DNA from: a virus
IMG/VR virus record: IMGVR_UViG_3300033181_000231
Reading direction: 5' to 3' (one strand)
Length of the DNA: 64,000 bases
The position numbers and the translations under genes are program-made. Numbering within the stretch: position 1 is the stretch's first letter; each line of letters starts with the position of its first letter. The notes beneath the pieces were generated by a model. That model saw only the letters and a program-made list of their open reading frames with translations, did no database searches and was not told the origin of the DNA. Of the stretch, positions 16,837 to 26,365 are shown in pieces.

Positions 16837-16973
16837 GTAACGCGCAATGCCTCTGCCGCTCGTGCAATTCGAAAAAGCATCGCAAGACGCTAAACCTCTT
16901 GCCGTCGCGTCTGCGCTGGTGGCCGCTGCTCTAACGGTCTGTCACGGCAATCGCGCGACACACTTTTCGCCCC

Positions 16974-17003
16974 AAGGCCCGCTCACCTGAGCGGGCCTTT
17001 TTC
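16974..17003 (+). terminator. Intrinsic terminator
   Basis: AAGGCCCGCTC-ACCT-GAGCGGGCCTT-TTTT. Confidence 0.7.
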
Positions 17004-17016
17004 TATGGAGGAATCG

Positions 17017-17439
17017 ATGATGACGGATCGCAAGTTCGCGGTCAAGCACGAAGGGGTGGGCAATCGCCGTCTAGGTGAGAAGGTCACGTTCCCACAGGGC
17101 GTGGATACCGACCGTCTGATCGGGTTGGGCGCGATTGAGGAGTTGTACGGCCCCGACGCCGAGGGCGACGCGGTGTACGACGACTCCCTGTCCTCGCAAC
17201 TGGTGACACGGGCGGCGGCGGGCGACAACGCGCACGATGGCGCGGAGATCGAACGGCGCAAGCGCGAGGCGCAAGAGCAACTCGACCAGATTCTTCAGCA
17301 GAAGGCCCAGGCCGAGGCCGACCGTGCGGCGGCCGAGGCGGCGACCGCTCAGGCCCAACGGGACAAGGCTGAGGCCGAGGCGGCGGCGGCGTCCGCGAAA
17401 GCCGCCAAAACGAACGGCACGGGCACAACGGCGTCGTAA
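17017..17439 (+). CDS. Hypothetical head-associated protein
   Basis: GGAGG RBS. Position after MCP. Ala/Glu-rich tail. Confidence 0.65.
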   Translation: MMTDRKFAVKHEGVGNRRLGEKVTFPQGVDTDRLIGLGAIEELYGPDAEGDAVYDDSLSSQLVTRAAAGDNAHDGAEIERRKREAQEQLDQILQQKAQAEADRAAAEAATAQAQRDKAEAEAAAASAKAAKTNGTGTTAS

Positions 17440-17506
17440 CAGGCGAACGGTCACCTTGTCGGGACGATGACGGACGACAGGGCAGACGGCAGAGGGGGAT
17501 AGGGTC

Positions 17507-18004
17507 ATGACGATGAATCCCGACGATGAAACGTACACCTATGCCCCCCTCTCGTCGTCGCGCGTGCTGCGCCCCATCTACGACCTGCGGCGGCGTCTGC
17601 CCGATGTGGACACGGCCCGCGCGGAGGCTGGCGCGGGCCGCAAAGCCTGCTTCTTCAGCGACCAGGAGTACGCCGCCTTCCTCCAGGACGCGGGCGGCAG
17701 CGTCCTGTACGCGCAGGCGGCGGCGCTCTACGCCATCGCGGGCAACTACGGTTTCGCCGCGCGCTACGTGCAACTCAACGGCGGCGGCGCGGTCGATGGA
17801 CGGACGGCGGCGAGCCTCGTGCGCCAGCAGGCGGCGGATATTCGGGCGCAGGCGGAAGCCACCGTCAACACCCCGACGATAGCTCAGATCTACGATGCCA
17901 GCCAGGACGTGACCCCCGCCATCGCGCCGTGGAGCGTGGACGCGGGAACAGTGATTGAGGACGACTTCGGCCGCGTGGTCGGCCCCACGCGCTATTATCC
18001 GTGA
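17507..18004 (+). CDS. Putative head-tail adaptor
   Basis: Synteny. 'LRRRLPD...FFSDQEYAAFLQDAGGSVLYAQAAAL' is adaptor-like. Confidence 0.6.
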   Translation: MTMNPDDETYTYAPLSSSRVLRPIYDLRRRLPDVDTARAEAGAGRKACFFSDQEYAAFLQDAGGSVLYAQAAALYAIAGNYGFAARYVQLNGGGAVDGRTAASLVRQQAADIRAQAEATVNTPTIAQIYDASQDVTPAIAPWSVDAGTVIEDDFGRVVGPTRYYP

Positions 18005-18060
18005 CTCTCGCGTGTCTATGTTTGTCTACGCGGTATGAGCGCATGGGATGGAGTTAGGCA

Positions 18061-18297
18061 ATGACGAGATCGCGCCGCAAGACGCCGATCGCGGGCGTGA
18101 CGGTTGCCGCGTCCGAGAAGAGAGACAAGCAGGACTACAACCGTCGGTATCGCCGCATCGTTAAGCAGGCCGTCACGGCGGGCGATCAGGATACGCCGCT
18201 GCCGCACCTGCGTGAGCATAGCGACCCATCGCGTATGGACAAGGACGGCAAACGACTGTTAGGCGGTGAGGATCTTCCGGCTATGCTACGCAAATAG
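18061..18297 (+). CDS. Small basic protein (MxRSRRKTPI...SEKxDK family)
   Basis: GGAG RBS. Arg/Lys-rich N-terminus. Confidence 0.65.
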   Translation: MTRSRRKTPIAGVTVAASEKRDKQDYNRRYRRIVKQAVTAGDQDTPLPHLREHSDPSRMDKDGKRLLGGEDLPAMLRK

Positions 18298-18338
18298 GCA
18301 GCGCGACGCGCGGCGATGATGAGTCAGAGGCAAGAACT

Positions 18339-18578
18339 ATGAGAGAGAGAATGTTCATGGAACTGGCCGACCTCATCCTTGAGCCGTACGCGGGCGCGCA
18401 CATCGGGGCGGCGTACGCGGACGCGCGCCGTCTCGTCGCGCTGACCGGCCATCCCATCATCGTACGTGGCAACAACACGGACGTGACCGTCACGGCCACC
18501 ATGGATGAGGCCGCGTGTCGCACCGCCTATGAGGCCGCGCTTGTGCGCTCAGGGCAGCGCCGGAGCGTGACGCCATGA
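18339..18578 (+). CDS. Hypothetical protein
   Basis: GAGG RBS. ATGA coupling to the next gene. Confidence 0.55.
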   Translation: MRERMFMELADLILEPYAGAHIGAAYADARRLVALTGHPIIVRGNNTDVTVTATMDEAACRTAYEAALVRSGQRRSVTP

Positions 18579-19198
18579 TGCCAACGGGGGGCATGCAGTC
18601 CTACGACGTGGGCACGATGGTCTACGACACCATGGCGCGGCAGACCGACACCCTGGACGGGCCGCAGCGCCTCTTGCTGGCCGCGCGGCTGACGGCGACG
18701 AGCGTGGACCCGCTGACGGGGATAAGGGCCGTGGCGTGCCCGGCGTGTTACGAACCTGATCGGGGGCAGGCGACCAATCCGCGTGACCCGACGTGTCTGG
18801 GGACGGGCTTCGTCATCCCCAACAGCGCGGGCGCGACCGACGCGAACGCCAGTGGGGTCCAGCATGGCTACCTGACGCCGCGGCCGTTTGAGGGCCTGCT
18901 CATCAAAGGTGGCACGACCGCAACAGAGGACGAGCAGGGCATCATCGAGGCGACCGAGGACATCCTGTCGTGGCCGGCGCAACGCCTGTCCCCCAAGAAG
19001 CTGGACATCGTGATCCGCACGGATTACCCCGACCTCGTGAGTGAACGCTTCCTGATCCGTGACGCGCTGGAGGCCGACGCGCTGGGCAGCAGGGTCATCG
19101 CCTACAAGGCGACGATCGCGCTGTTGGACCGCGGCGACATGGCCTACAGCATCCCGACGCCTGACCTTGGCCCCGGCGCGGCTGGGACGTGGGACTGA
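18575..19198 (+). CDS. Putative head closure/neck protein
   Basis: Synteny. 'CPAC...PTCLGTGF' Zn-like motif. Confidence 0.55.
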   Translation: MMPTGGMQSYDVGTMVYDTMARQTDTLDGPQRLLLAARLTATSVDPLTGIRAVACPACYEPDRGQATNPRDPTCLGTGFVIPNSAGATDANASGVQHGYLTPRPFEGLLIKGGTTATEDEQGIIEATEDILSWPAQRLSPKKLDIVIRTDYPDLVSERFLIRDALEADALGSRVIAYKATIALLDRGDMAYSIPTPDLGPGAAGTWD

Positions 19199-19251
19199 CC
19201 CAATTCAACGAGAGAGACGCGCGCCGGACGGCGCCCGAGAGGAGCCTGACG

Positions 19252-19761
19252 ATGGCGACGGTAACGATGTGGTTTCCCCGCATGAAGGTCGACGCGCGCG
19301 TGTCGGACGGCCATTACTATGAGCGCACCCCCGACCACGAGGACGGCGCGGTCGAGGTGGAGGAGCGCCATGTGCGCGACCTGCGCGGCCAGGGCCTCAC
19401 CCTGACGAGCCCCTTCGCGCCACAGGACGTTCCCCAAGAGGCCCCGCTGCTCGCGACGCCCGTTCCTGCCCCTGATGCCGAGGCGCCTCCTCAGACAACC
19501 CCCGCGTCTACTCAGGCCGCGCCCCCTGTCCAAGCCCCCGATGAAAAAGCGGCGGCGATTGACGCGCTCACGTCCGTCCCTGCCGGTGCGCCAACTTTGA
19601 CGCCAAGCGGGACGGCCGAGACGGTTGAACCTGTTCAGGTCGCGCCTCTCACGGGGTCTGACCCTATGGCCGTCCCCACTCCTGAGCAGCAAGCGGCGCC
19701 GGCGCCCGTGACGCCTATGTCCGGCGTGGGCGCGACCGGCGCGCCCACGCCGGAGGGGTAG
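19252..19761 (+). CDS. Hypothetical virion protein with Pro/Ala-rich tail
   Basis: GAGGAG RBS before ATG 19252. Confidence 0.55.
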   Translation: MATVTMWFPRMKVDARVSDGHYYERTPDHEDGAVEVEERHVRDLRGQGLTLTSPFAPQDVPQEAPLLATPVPAPDAEAPPQTTPASTQAAPPVQAPDEKAAAIDALTSVPAGAPTLTPSGTAETVEPVQVAPLTGSDPMAVPTPEQQAAPAPVTPMSGVGATGAPTPEG

Positions 19762-19765
19762 GGCA

Positions 19766-20143
19766 ATGGACTTCGCGGATAGCATCGCGGCGCGCCTCGA
19801 CGCCGGGGTCGGCCGCGCTTTGACCGAGATTGGCGAGGCGTGGGCGGAGGCGGCGGCTGATGACGCCCCGGCCGTCACCGGCACGCTCTCCGCGTCCGTC
19901 CACTATGAGCAGACTGGCCCCACGACCGGCCACTTGGTGATGCGTGGCTACGGGCGGTCGGTCGCGACGGCGCCCGCGCCGACGGGGGGATCACCCCGAC
20001 AGATCGCGTCTCGCGCCCGCTACGCGCGGAAGATCGGCCGCGCGGTCGACCATCCCAACGACTTCCCGGCCCGCGCCTGGGACGACGCGCGCGTGCGCGC
20101 CCTGCGTGACGCCTACCCCGGCCTCGTGATGCGCGAGGAGTAG
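19766..20143 (+). CDS. Tail completion protein (HK97 gp10-like)
   Basis: 'APAVTGTLSASVHY' motif and synteny. Confidence 0.65.
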   Translation: MDFADSIAARLDAGVGRALTEIGEAWAEAAADDAPAVTGTLSASVHYEQTGPTTGHLVMRGYGRSVATAPAPTGGSPRQIASRARYARKIGRAVDHPNDFPARAWDDARVRALRDAYPGLVMREE

Positions 20144-20183
20144 GACGCTGTCCGGCGGCGACAAGCAATAAGGAGGCGCGCCC

Positions 20184-20903
20184 ATGCCCGCGTCTCCCAC
20201 CCCCGCGCTGCGCTCGTCCGTGGCCAACCGCGTGAAGCGCGTCGTGCAAACGGTGTTCGCAGGGCTCGCGAACGAGGACGGCTCGCTGCTGGGCCTGTAC
20301 GACGCTGCAACGAACCCCGGCGGCGTGCAGGTGCGCCACGCCTATGCCACGCTCGAGCCGAATTATCCCGAGGTCGTCGTGTCCGTCCTCTTCGGAGACA
20401 TCCCCATCACGCCCGGCGACGGCTGGCTGGACGAGGACACCGACCCCGTGATCGGGAACGCCTCGGGCGGCGTCGGCGGTATCCAGGGCTTCATGTCCGA
20501 GGGGTCGGTCATCACGCTGGGCATTCGCACCCAACTGGAGGCCATGCGCGACTACCTGGCCGACGAGATTGTGCGTGCCATCGGCTTCCGCTACTGGACC
20601 AACCCCGTGACGGGCGTGACCTACGAGCGGTACGTCATCCAGGCGCTGGCCGAGGCGGGTATCGAACTCTCTATGATCGGGACGATGACCGTTCCGCGGC
20701 CCAAGACGACCGACCCGCGCTCGCGCGAGCAGATCTGGGACGTGGACATCCCGCTCCGCTGCGCCATCACGGTTTACGACGTGGTCACGCCGGGGGCGCC
20801 GCTCGGCCCCACGACGATCACGTCCGGCGCGGCCGGTGAGTCCGGCCCCACCGACAGCCTCACCATCCAGACGATCGACACCCTCGTCGTTCCCGGTTTC
20901 TAA
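20184..20903 (+). CDS. Putative tail terminator/neck protein
   Basis: AGGAGG RBS. Immediately before the sheath gene. Confidence 0.55.
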   Translation: MPASPTPALRSSVANRVKRVVQTVFAGLANEDGSLLGLYDAATNPGGVQVRHAYATLEPNYPEVVVSVLFGDIPITPGDGWLDEDTDPVIGNASGGVGGIQGFMSEGSVITLGIRTQLEAMRDYLADEIVRAIGFRYWTNPVTGVTYERYVIQALAEAGIELSMIGTMTVPRPKTTDPRSREQIWDVDIPLRCAITVYDVVTPGAPLGPTTITSGAAGESGPTDSLTIQTIDTLVVPGF

Positions 20904-20954
20904 CGGCTACCGCCGACCCCGTGGGCCGCGACGCCCCACACGCGTGCAGAGGAG

Positions 20955-22481
20955 ATGGCCCACATGGCGACAACCCCGTTCCAACCCATCGCGATCAATG
21001 TCAACTTCGCGGGGTCGCAGGCCACGGTGTCGGCCCCCACGGGCACGCGCGTCGTGGGCCTCCTCGGCCGCGCCATCAAAGGCCCCAACGTGCCCTTCAT
21101 CGGCACGGCGGCGCAGGTGTACGCCGCCTTTGGGTCGCCCTCCGACCCCCTGACCAACGGGACGGACATCCCCTTCCAGACGTACCTCGCCGCCAGCCAG
21201 AGCACGGGCGGGGACGCCGCCGCCCAATTCCTCATCATGCGCGCGGGCGTCGCGCCCGGCACGCTCAAGGTCTACGATGTGACGGGCCAGACCGCCGCCG
21301 CCGTCTGTTTCACGCTGACCGCCATCGGCCCCTACGCCGGCAGCGCCGCCGCGAACCTCGACGTTATCCTGACGATCTCCGGCGTCACCACCAAGGTATC
21401 GTCGCTGACCTTCGTGGACGCGATCAGCGGCCTGCCCGTGCTGACCCTCGTGGACGGCAACAACGGCGGTCTGTGGGACCTCTCCAGCAACGCCCGCATC
21501 GTGGCCGCGATTCAGGCCGCCTCGCCCGCTGCGAACCCCGCCAGCGTCGTCACGGCGACGCTTGGCCCCTCGACCAACGTCCCCGTCGCCATCCCCACCC
21601 CTGTCCCCTTCGCGGCCGGGGCGGACGGCCTGGGGGCCACGGCGGCCGACCCGACCATCGGCGGCGCGGGCGGCACGGTCGGCCTGCTGGATCAGAGCAT
21701 GGCCTACCCGCTCAACTACCTGGCGACGGGCTTCGACGCGGCGGCGATCGCGCCCACCATCCTCTCGCACCTCGCGGCGGCGCAGAGTGTCGGCGCCTTC
21801 CGCAAAGCCTATCTAGGCGCGGCGGCGGGCACGACGTTCAACACCATGACCACGACCTATCTCGGCGCGGGCCTCAAGAACCGGCGCGTCTCGGTGGTGG
21901 GCCACGACTCTCTGCTGGCCTATAACCCGGCGCGGCAGATCAACGATATTGTCGCGGGCTACCACGGCGGCGCGGCCTACGCGGGCCTGAAGGCGTCGGC
22001 GCCGATCGCGGAGGCGGGGATCGGGCAGGAGGTCGCGGGCATCTCCGACATCGTGGCGCCGCCCGACAAGAGCGCCATCCAGGTCTCCGACACGAACCTG
22101 CTGGCCGGGTCGCGCCTGCTGACCTTCGAGAAGGTTGGCTACGCGGGGGCGGTGCGGGTGCGCGACGCGCAGACGACCGTGCCGCAATACAACGCCAACA
22201 ACCAGTTCAACAACGATTCGGTGACGAACATCCCCGACCAGGACGACGCGTTCGCGGCGGGCATCCTCCAGGCGGTCCAGGCGGTCAAGGGACGGTCCGG
22301 CTCGTCGGCCACGACGATCATGCTCCTCAATCAGTACATCCACAAGTTCACGGCGGGCTACCCCATTACGGCGCTTGCCGTGTCGCCCAACAGCCAGGGC
22401 GGCTATGACATTACCGCCAGCTACGGCGCGGGCACGATCGCGCGCGGCTTTAATATCACCGTCGCCAACGCCAACGCGTAG
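20955..22481 (+). CDS. Contractile tail sheath protein
   Basis: 508 aa. 'VVGLLGRAIKGPNVP..I...AQVYAAFG', 'LLAGSRLLTFE...VRVRDAQTT'. Followed by the tube gene. Confidence 0.8.
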   Translation: MAHMATTPFQPIAINVNFAGSQATVSAPTGTRVVGLLGRAIKGPNVPFIGTAAQVYAAFGSPSDPLTNGTDIPFQTYLAASQSTGGDAAAQFLIMRAGVAPGTLKVYDVTGQTAAAVCFTLTAIGPYAGSAAANLDVILTISGVTTKVSSLTFVDAISGLPVLTLVDGNNGGLWDLSSNARIVAAIQAASPAANPASVVTATLGPSTNVPVAIPTPVPFAAGADGLGATAADPTIGGAGGTVGLLDQSMAYPLNYLATGFDAAAIAPTILSHLAAAQSVGAFRKAYLGAAAGTTFNTMTTTYLGAGLKNRRVSVVGHDSLLAYNPARQINDIVAGYHGGAAYAGLKASAPIAEAGIGQEVAGISDIVAPPDKSAIQVSDTNLLAGSRLLTFEKVGYAGAVRVRDAQTTVPQYNANNQFNNDSVTNIPDQDDAFAAGILQAVQAVKGRSGSSATTIMLLNQYIHKFTAGYPITALAVSPNSQGGYDITASYGAGTIARGFNITVANANA

Positions 22482-22525
22482 ACCCAGCCGCCCGCGATTG
22501 GACACGCTAGAGGAGGACACCGGCC

Positions 22526-23134
22526 ATGCAAATTATCGGGCGCTACCTGCGCGACTCCGAGATCGAGCCTGTCGGGCACGGCATGAGCGACAACAACCGC
22601 ACCCTGTACGAGGCGTCGCTCTACACGCGCATCTTTGTCGGCGACCAGTTCATGGGCGCGTGGGAGACATATTCCGTCGACCAGAACACCGGCTCCGACC
22701 ACGAGGGACAGGGCGGCAACGATTGGCAGGAAGCCAAGCCCGGCGATCGCTTCTGGACGTGGTCGTACACGCGGCGCCGCATCCGCGGCAAGACGCTGGA
22801 AGACAAGGTCTACGAGTTGTACAAGGGCGGCAAACTGGCCGACATCGACTTCCGCGTCCTGCCCTTCGACCTGACGTTTCATCAATTTTATCAAAGTCCG
22901 TCCGGCAACACGACCTATCAGGACGAGGCCGAGACGATCTTCGACTGCCACGTCCAGCAGTACATCGTCTCGCCCACGGACAAGAAGGGGTGGCGCGAGG
23001 AGCGCGTGTCCGGCTGGGCGCGTGGCCACCGCCGCTTCGGCCAGAACGTCACCGAGTTCCTGACCAACCCTGGCCTGCACACGACGCGGGCGACGGACGC
23101 CAACATCAAGCTTGTCAAACTGGGGGGCCAGTAG
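22526..23134 (+). CDS. Tail tube protein
   Basis: GAGGAG RBS. Beta-rich, located between sheath and chaperone. Confidence 0.7.
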   Translation: MQIIGRYLRDSEIEPVGHGMSDNNRTLYEASLYTRIFVGDQFMGAWETYSVDQNTGSDHEGQGGNDWQEAKPGDRFWTWSYTRRRIRGKTLEDKVYELYKGGKLADIDFRVLPFDLTFHQFYQSPSGNTTYQDEAETIFDCHVQQYIVSPTDKKGWREERVSGWARGHRRFGQNVTEFLTNPGLHTTRATDANIKLVKLGGQ

Positions 23135-23137
23135 CCG

Positions 23138-23677
23138 ATGACGATGGACGACGACGACAGGAATGAGACAGGGGACGACACGGGGGGGGACGGCGCAGCC
23201 AACCCCACGCCGTCCCCGGACGCGCTCGTGCCCGCGGCGACGTGGTTCGCGCGCACGCTGGCGCCCATCACACGGCCGGTGTCGTGGAACGGCCACACCA
23301 ATGTCGTCACCTTCAAGATTCTGACGGGCGGCGAGGAGCGCGAGGTGACGCGCTACGCCCGACGCGACGCCGGTGGCGTCGAGACCTCACAGCAGTACAT
23401 CGTATCCGCCACGCTGGCGCGTCTGGCCTATGCGCTGGTAGCGGTCGATGGCGACAACGTCGACGATTCCTGCAAGGATATTGATCAGCGCCTTGAAATG
23501 GTGGAGAACCTGTCCTCGCCCTGCATCGACGCGCTCATCGAGGCGTACAGTGATGCGCGCGGTGAACCGCTCGTCTACCTTGATGAGATGGAACGGGACG
23601 CCGCGTCTTTCGGGCACGCACGCGCGGAGAATGGTCCGTCATCCGCGCGTGCGGCCTCTGGCACGGACGCGGACTAA
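23138..23677 (+). CDS. Tail assembly chaperone (G-like)
   Basis: 'VTFKILTGGEEREV...LARLAYALVAVDG...RLEMVENLSSPCIDAL'. Position before the TMP. Confidence 0.75.
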   Translation: MTMDDDDRNETGDDTGGDGAANPTPSPDALVPAATWFARTLAPITRPVSWNGHTNVVTFKILTGGEEREVTRYARRDAGGVETSQQYIVSATLARLAYALVAVDGDNVDDSCKDIDQRLEMVENLSSPCIDALIEAYSDARGEPLVYLDEMERDAASFGHARAENGPSSARAASGTDAD

Positions 23678-24027
23678 CGCCCGAGGAGGCGGCCTTCGCG
23701 CGCTTCCACACCGCACAGGACGCCCTGGACCGTGAGGACCGTGATCGCGCCACCCAGCGCCACCTCGTGGCGGCGCTCTCCGTCGCGCTGCACAACCCTC
23801 AGAAGATCGGTGACCTGATGCGCCTGGATGAGCCTGTTGAACGGGACGTGGCTCCCGTGGAGCGCCGGGACGACCCGGCGCGGACGGCGCGCATCGCGGC
23901 GCAAGGAACGACGATCGGCGGCTTCTTCCGCGACCGGGGCATGGACGCCTTGATCGCGACGGGTTACGCCGACGCGCGGCGCGCCTTCGAGGCGGAGCAC
24001 GGGAGCGCGGGAGGCGACGATGAGTAA
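23587..24027 (+). CDS. -1 frame extension of the tail chaperone (GT-like)
   Basis: The -1 frame is open 23587-24027 (EWSVIRACGLWHGRGLTPEEAAFARF...) and lacks its own RBS/ATG near the start. Confidence 0.55.
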   Translation, partial: DGTGRRVFRARTRGEWSVIRACGLWHGRGLTPEEAAFARFHTAQDALDREDRDRATQRHLVAALSVALHNPQKIGDLMRLDEPVERDVAPVERRDDPARTARIAAQGTTIGGFFRDRGMDALIATGYADARRAFEAEHGSAGGDDE

Positions 24028-24044
24028 CGGGGGCGAGGGCGACG

Positions 24045-25943
24045 ATGAGCGGCAATGATGGTGACGAGTACGTCCTCAAACTGCGCGCCGACGTGTCTGG
24101 GGCCAAGAGCGACCTGCGCGCGATCAATGCCGACATCGAGGCGCTGCGGACGAACTTCCAGAAGGCGTTCAACGCGCAGGTCGCGTCCCCCACGGCGCAA
24201 GCAAAGACGCCACAGGAGGCGCTGGAGCGCGCTAGTAATGACTTTAAGCCGGCCGACCTGCGCCAGGCGTCGCCCCAGGCGGCGACGATGCTCACGGAGA
24301 TGCAGCGTCTCCAGCGGCAGGCCGAACGCCTGACCGTGCGGGCGGGGCTCCCCTCGGCGGCGGCCGGTGGCGGGGTCGGCGCGGGGACGCCGGGCAAGCC
24401 GGCCGAGATCACGGCCAACGATTCGTTCTTCGACCGGCTGGCGCGGTCCAACGTCAAGGCGGGCCTGAACCAACTGGTGATGCGGGCGGCGGGCGGGCGT
24501 GTCGACTCCGTGTCCAGTGTCCTGGGGCTCGTTAAGGGCGCGCTGGGCGAGATGGGGCCGCTGGGCCTCGCGGCCGGCGCGGCCGGCGGGGTAGCGCTTG
24601 CCGCCAGCGATCAACAGGCGACCATCCAGCGACAAATGGCGCTCCTGGCGTCCAGCCTCACGGGCGGCCCTAGTATGGGCAACCCGCTGGGGTTGGCATC
24701 AGATATTCGCCACCAGGGGCAGGCGTTTAACTATGGCCCCGATCAAGCGATGCGGATTGCGTCCGACCTTGCGCTGGCGGGCGTCGGCCGCGCCAATCTC
24801 GTGGGGTCGGTCGGCGCGACCGCGATGCTGGCGCGAAACGCGGGCGTTGATCCCAGCCAGATCACGCCGCTGACCAGCGCGCTGGCGGTACAAGGCGGCA
24901 TGGGGCACGAGCAGATCAACAGCCTCTATCAGGATCTATCGAACCTCTCGGACGCGGCGGGCGGCAGCGGGCCGTCGCTTCTTCGGTTAGTCGACGGCCT
25001 CAAGACCTTGCAACAGCAGACGGGTGGGGCCGCGGTCAACGTGGCGGGCTTGGCGGCGGTCAGCAAGATGCTGGGGCCGGGCTACAACGCGGGGTCGGTC
25101 CTTTCGGGCGCGGTCGGCGCGTCGGGCACGAACCAGTTGCAGCAGGCGGCCGTGCTGGGCATGAGTCCCGACGCCTACGCCCGCGTGCAGAGCAAACCGG
25201 CCGAACTCAGCGACACTATTGGGCGTTTCGTGCGGCAGATCGCACCCAAAGGCGGCGTGGCGCAGGACGACATCGCCATTACGGCGCTGCGTACCCTGGG
25301 CCTCGTCGACTTCGATGGGCTGAATCCCGCTCAGCAGCGTGCCCTCGTTGACAAACAGCGCCAGGGGGGCGCCGTTGCGCAGGAACGCCGCTTGGCCGAT
25401 CAGGCGCGCGGGCGGCATCGTACGGAGCAAGTGGCGTTGGCGGCGGCGGCAAAGGCAACCGAGCCGCAAACGAGTCCTCGCAACCGCGCTGGCGTTCTCC
25501 TTCAGAATGTCAGCGCCGACCTGACCAGCGGGCAGGCGAGCATCGACGTAGCGGCGGGTCTCGCGCCAGGCGCCGACCCCGTCACACGCATGCGCCTGAT
25601 GGCCTTGCGCGTTGCGAAGCAGTACAGCATCCCCGGTGCGAGCTTTCAGGGGCAGGCCCTCCAGCAAGGCATCGGTCCGAACCCCGACGCCCTGCTGGCC
25701 CTGGCGCGTCAGGACAAGGCGCGCTATGGCAATGGACGCGGCGACTCATGGAACGGTATCATGGGCGGCGCGGGCTTCAACGGAGGCGATACGACGGGGT
25801 GGGCGGGCGCCAACACGCAGCCGCGCGACCTGCGTATCACGGTCGTCGTGCAAGACGCGAACGGGCGCGCGATGGGCAGCGCGCGCACAACAACAACCCT
25901 GACCCCGGAGCCGCGTCGCCTCAAGGGCTATCAAGGCCGCTAG
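24045..25943 (+). CDS. Tape measure protein
   Basis: 'DEYVLKLRADVSGAKSDL' N-terminus. Ala/Gly-rich helical, 632 aa. Follows the chaperones. Confidence 0.85.
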   Translation: MSGNDGDEYVLKLRADVSGAKSDLRAINADIEALRTNFQKAFNAQVASPTAQAKTPQEALERASNDFKPADLRQASPQAATMLTEMQRLQRQAERLTVRAGLPSAAAGGGVGAGTPGKPAEITANDSFFDRLARSNVKAGLNQLVMRAAGGRVDSVSSVLGLVKGALGEMGPLGLAAGAAGGVALAASDQQATIQRQMALLASSLTGGPSMGNPLGLASDIRHQGQAFNYGPDQAMRIASDLALAGVGRANLVGSVGATAMLARNAGVDPSQITPLTSALAVQGGMGHEQINSLYQDLSNLSDAAGGSGPSLLRLVDGLKTLQQQTGGAAVNVAGLAAVSKMLGPGYNAGSVLSGAVGASGTNQLQQAAVLGMSPDAYARVQSKPAELSDTIGRFVRQIAPKGGVAQDDIAITALRTLGLVDFDGLNPAQQRALVDKQRQGGAVAQERRLADQARGRHRTEQVALAAAAKATEPQTSPRNRAGVLLQNVSADLTSGQASIDVAAGLAPGADPVTRMRLMALRVAKQYSIPGASFQGQALQQGIGPNPDALLALARQDKARYGNGRGDSWNGIMGGAGFNGGDTTGWAGANTQPRDLRITVVVQDANGRAMGSARTTTTLTPEPRRLKGYQGR

Positions 25944-25951
25944 CATCGCTA

Positions 25952-26302
25952 TCAATGGAACAGACGCCGCCGCTCTTCATCGCTGATCGGAGTCGGAACC
26001 ATCGGGCGCACTCTCTGCGATCCTGCGTTGATGGGTTGTACATCGCGCTGGCAATAGCGACACACAGACGCGGCCTCGGGGATGCGGCTTAGGCAATGGG
26101 GACATGACCGCGTCCACGCATCAGCCTGCCGGATCGTTTCGACATCGTCCAGTGGACGCAAGAGCGCCACGACAATAAACGCGAATATGCCGAATAGGAT
26201 GCCGAGCACGAGCCACCCGCCAACGTCGCGATGCTTGTTCGACGCCACGATCGGCGCCCCCACGATCCCCAAGAACCACGCGATAGCGATGAACAGTGTC
26301 AT
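25952..26302 (-). CDS. Membrane protein with C-terminal zinc ribbon (moron)
   Basis: GAGGGGG RBS. Two TMs, then 'SCPHCLSRIPEAASVCRYCQRD'. Confidence 0.75.
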   Translation of the reverse strand: MTLFIAIAWFLGIVGAPIVASNKHRDVGGWLVLGILFGIFAFIVVALLRPLDDVETIRQADAWTRSCPHCLSRIPEAASVCRYCQRDVQPINAGSQRVRPMVPTPISDEERRRLFH

Positions 26303-26365
26303 GGCGCGCGTCCCCCTCTCTCGCGCACAAGCGTACCGAAAAAAGGGGAGCATGTCAACAAGCAC

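Larger units (their letters stand above)
16134..16934 (+). pseudogene. Small Cys-rich (Zn-finger/HNH-remnant) gene interrupted by an IS200/IS605-derived element
   Basis: Joining 16272 to 16837 gives a continuous 78-aa frame: ...KPCSTCGATKPRTSEYYYVRDKRTGALSTWC-NAQCLCRSCNSKKHRK...*. Confidence 0.7.
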
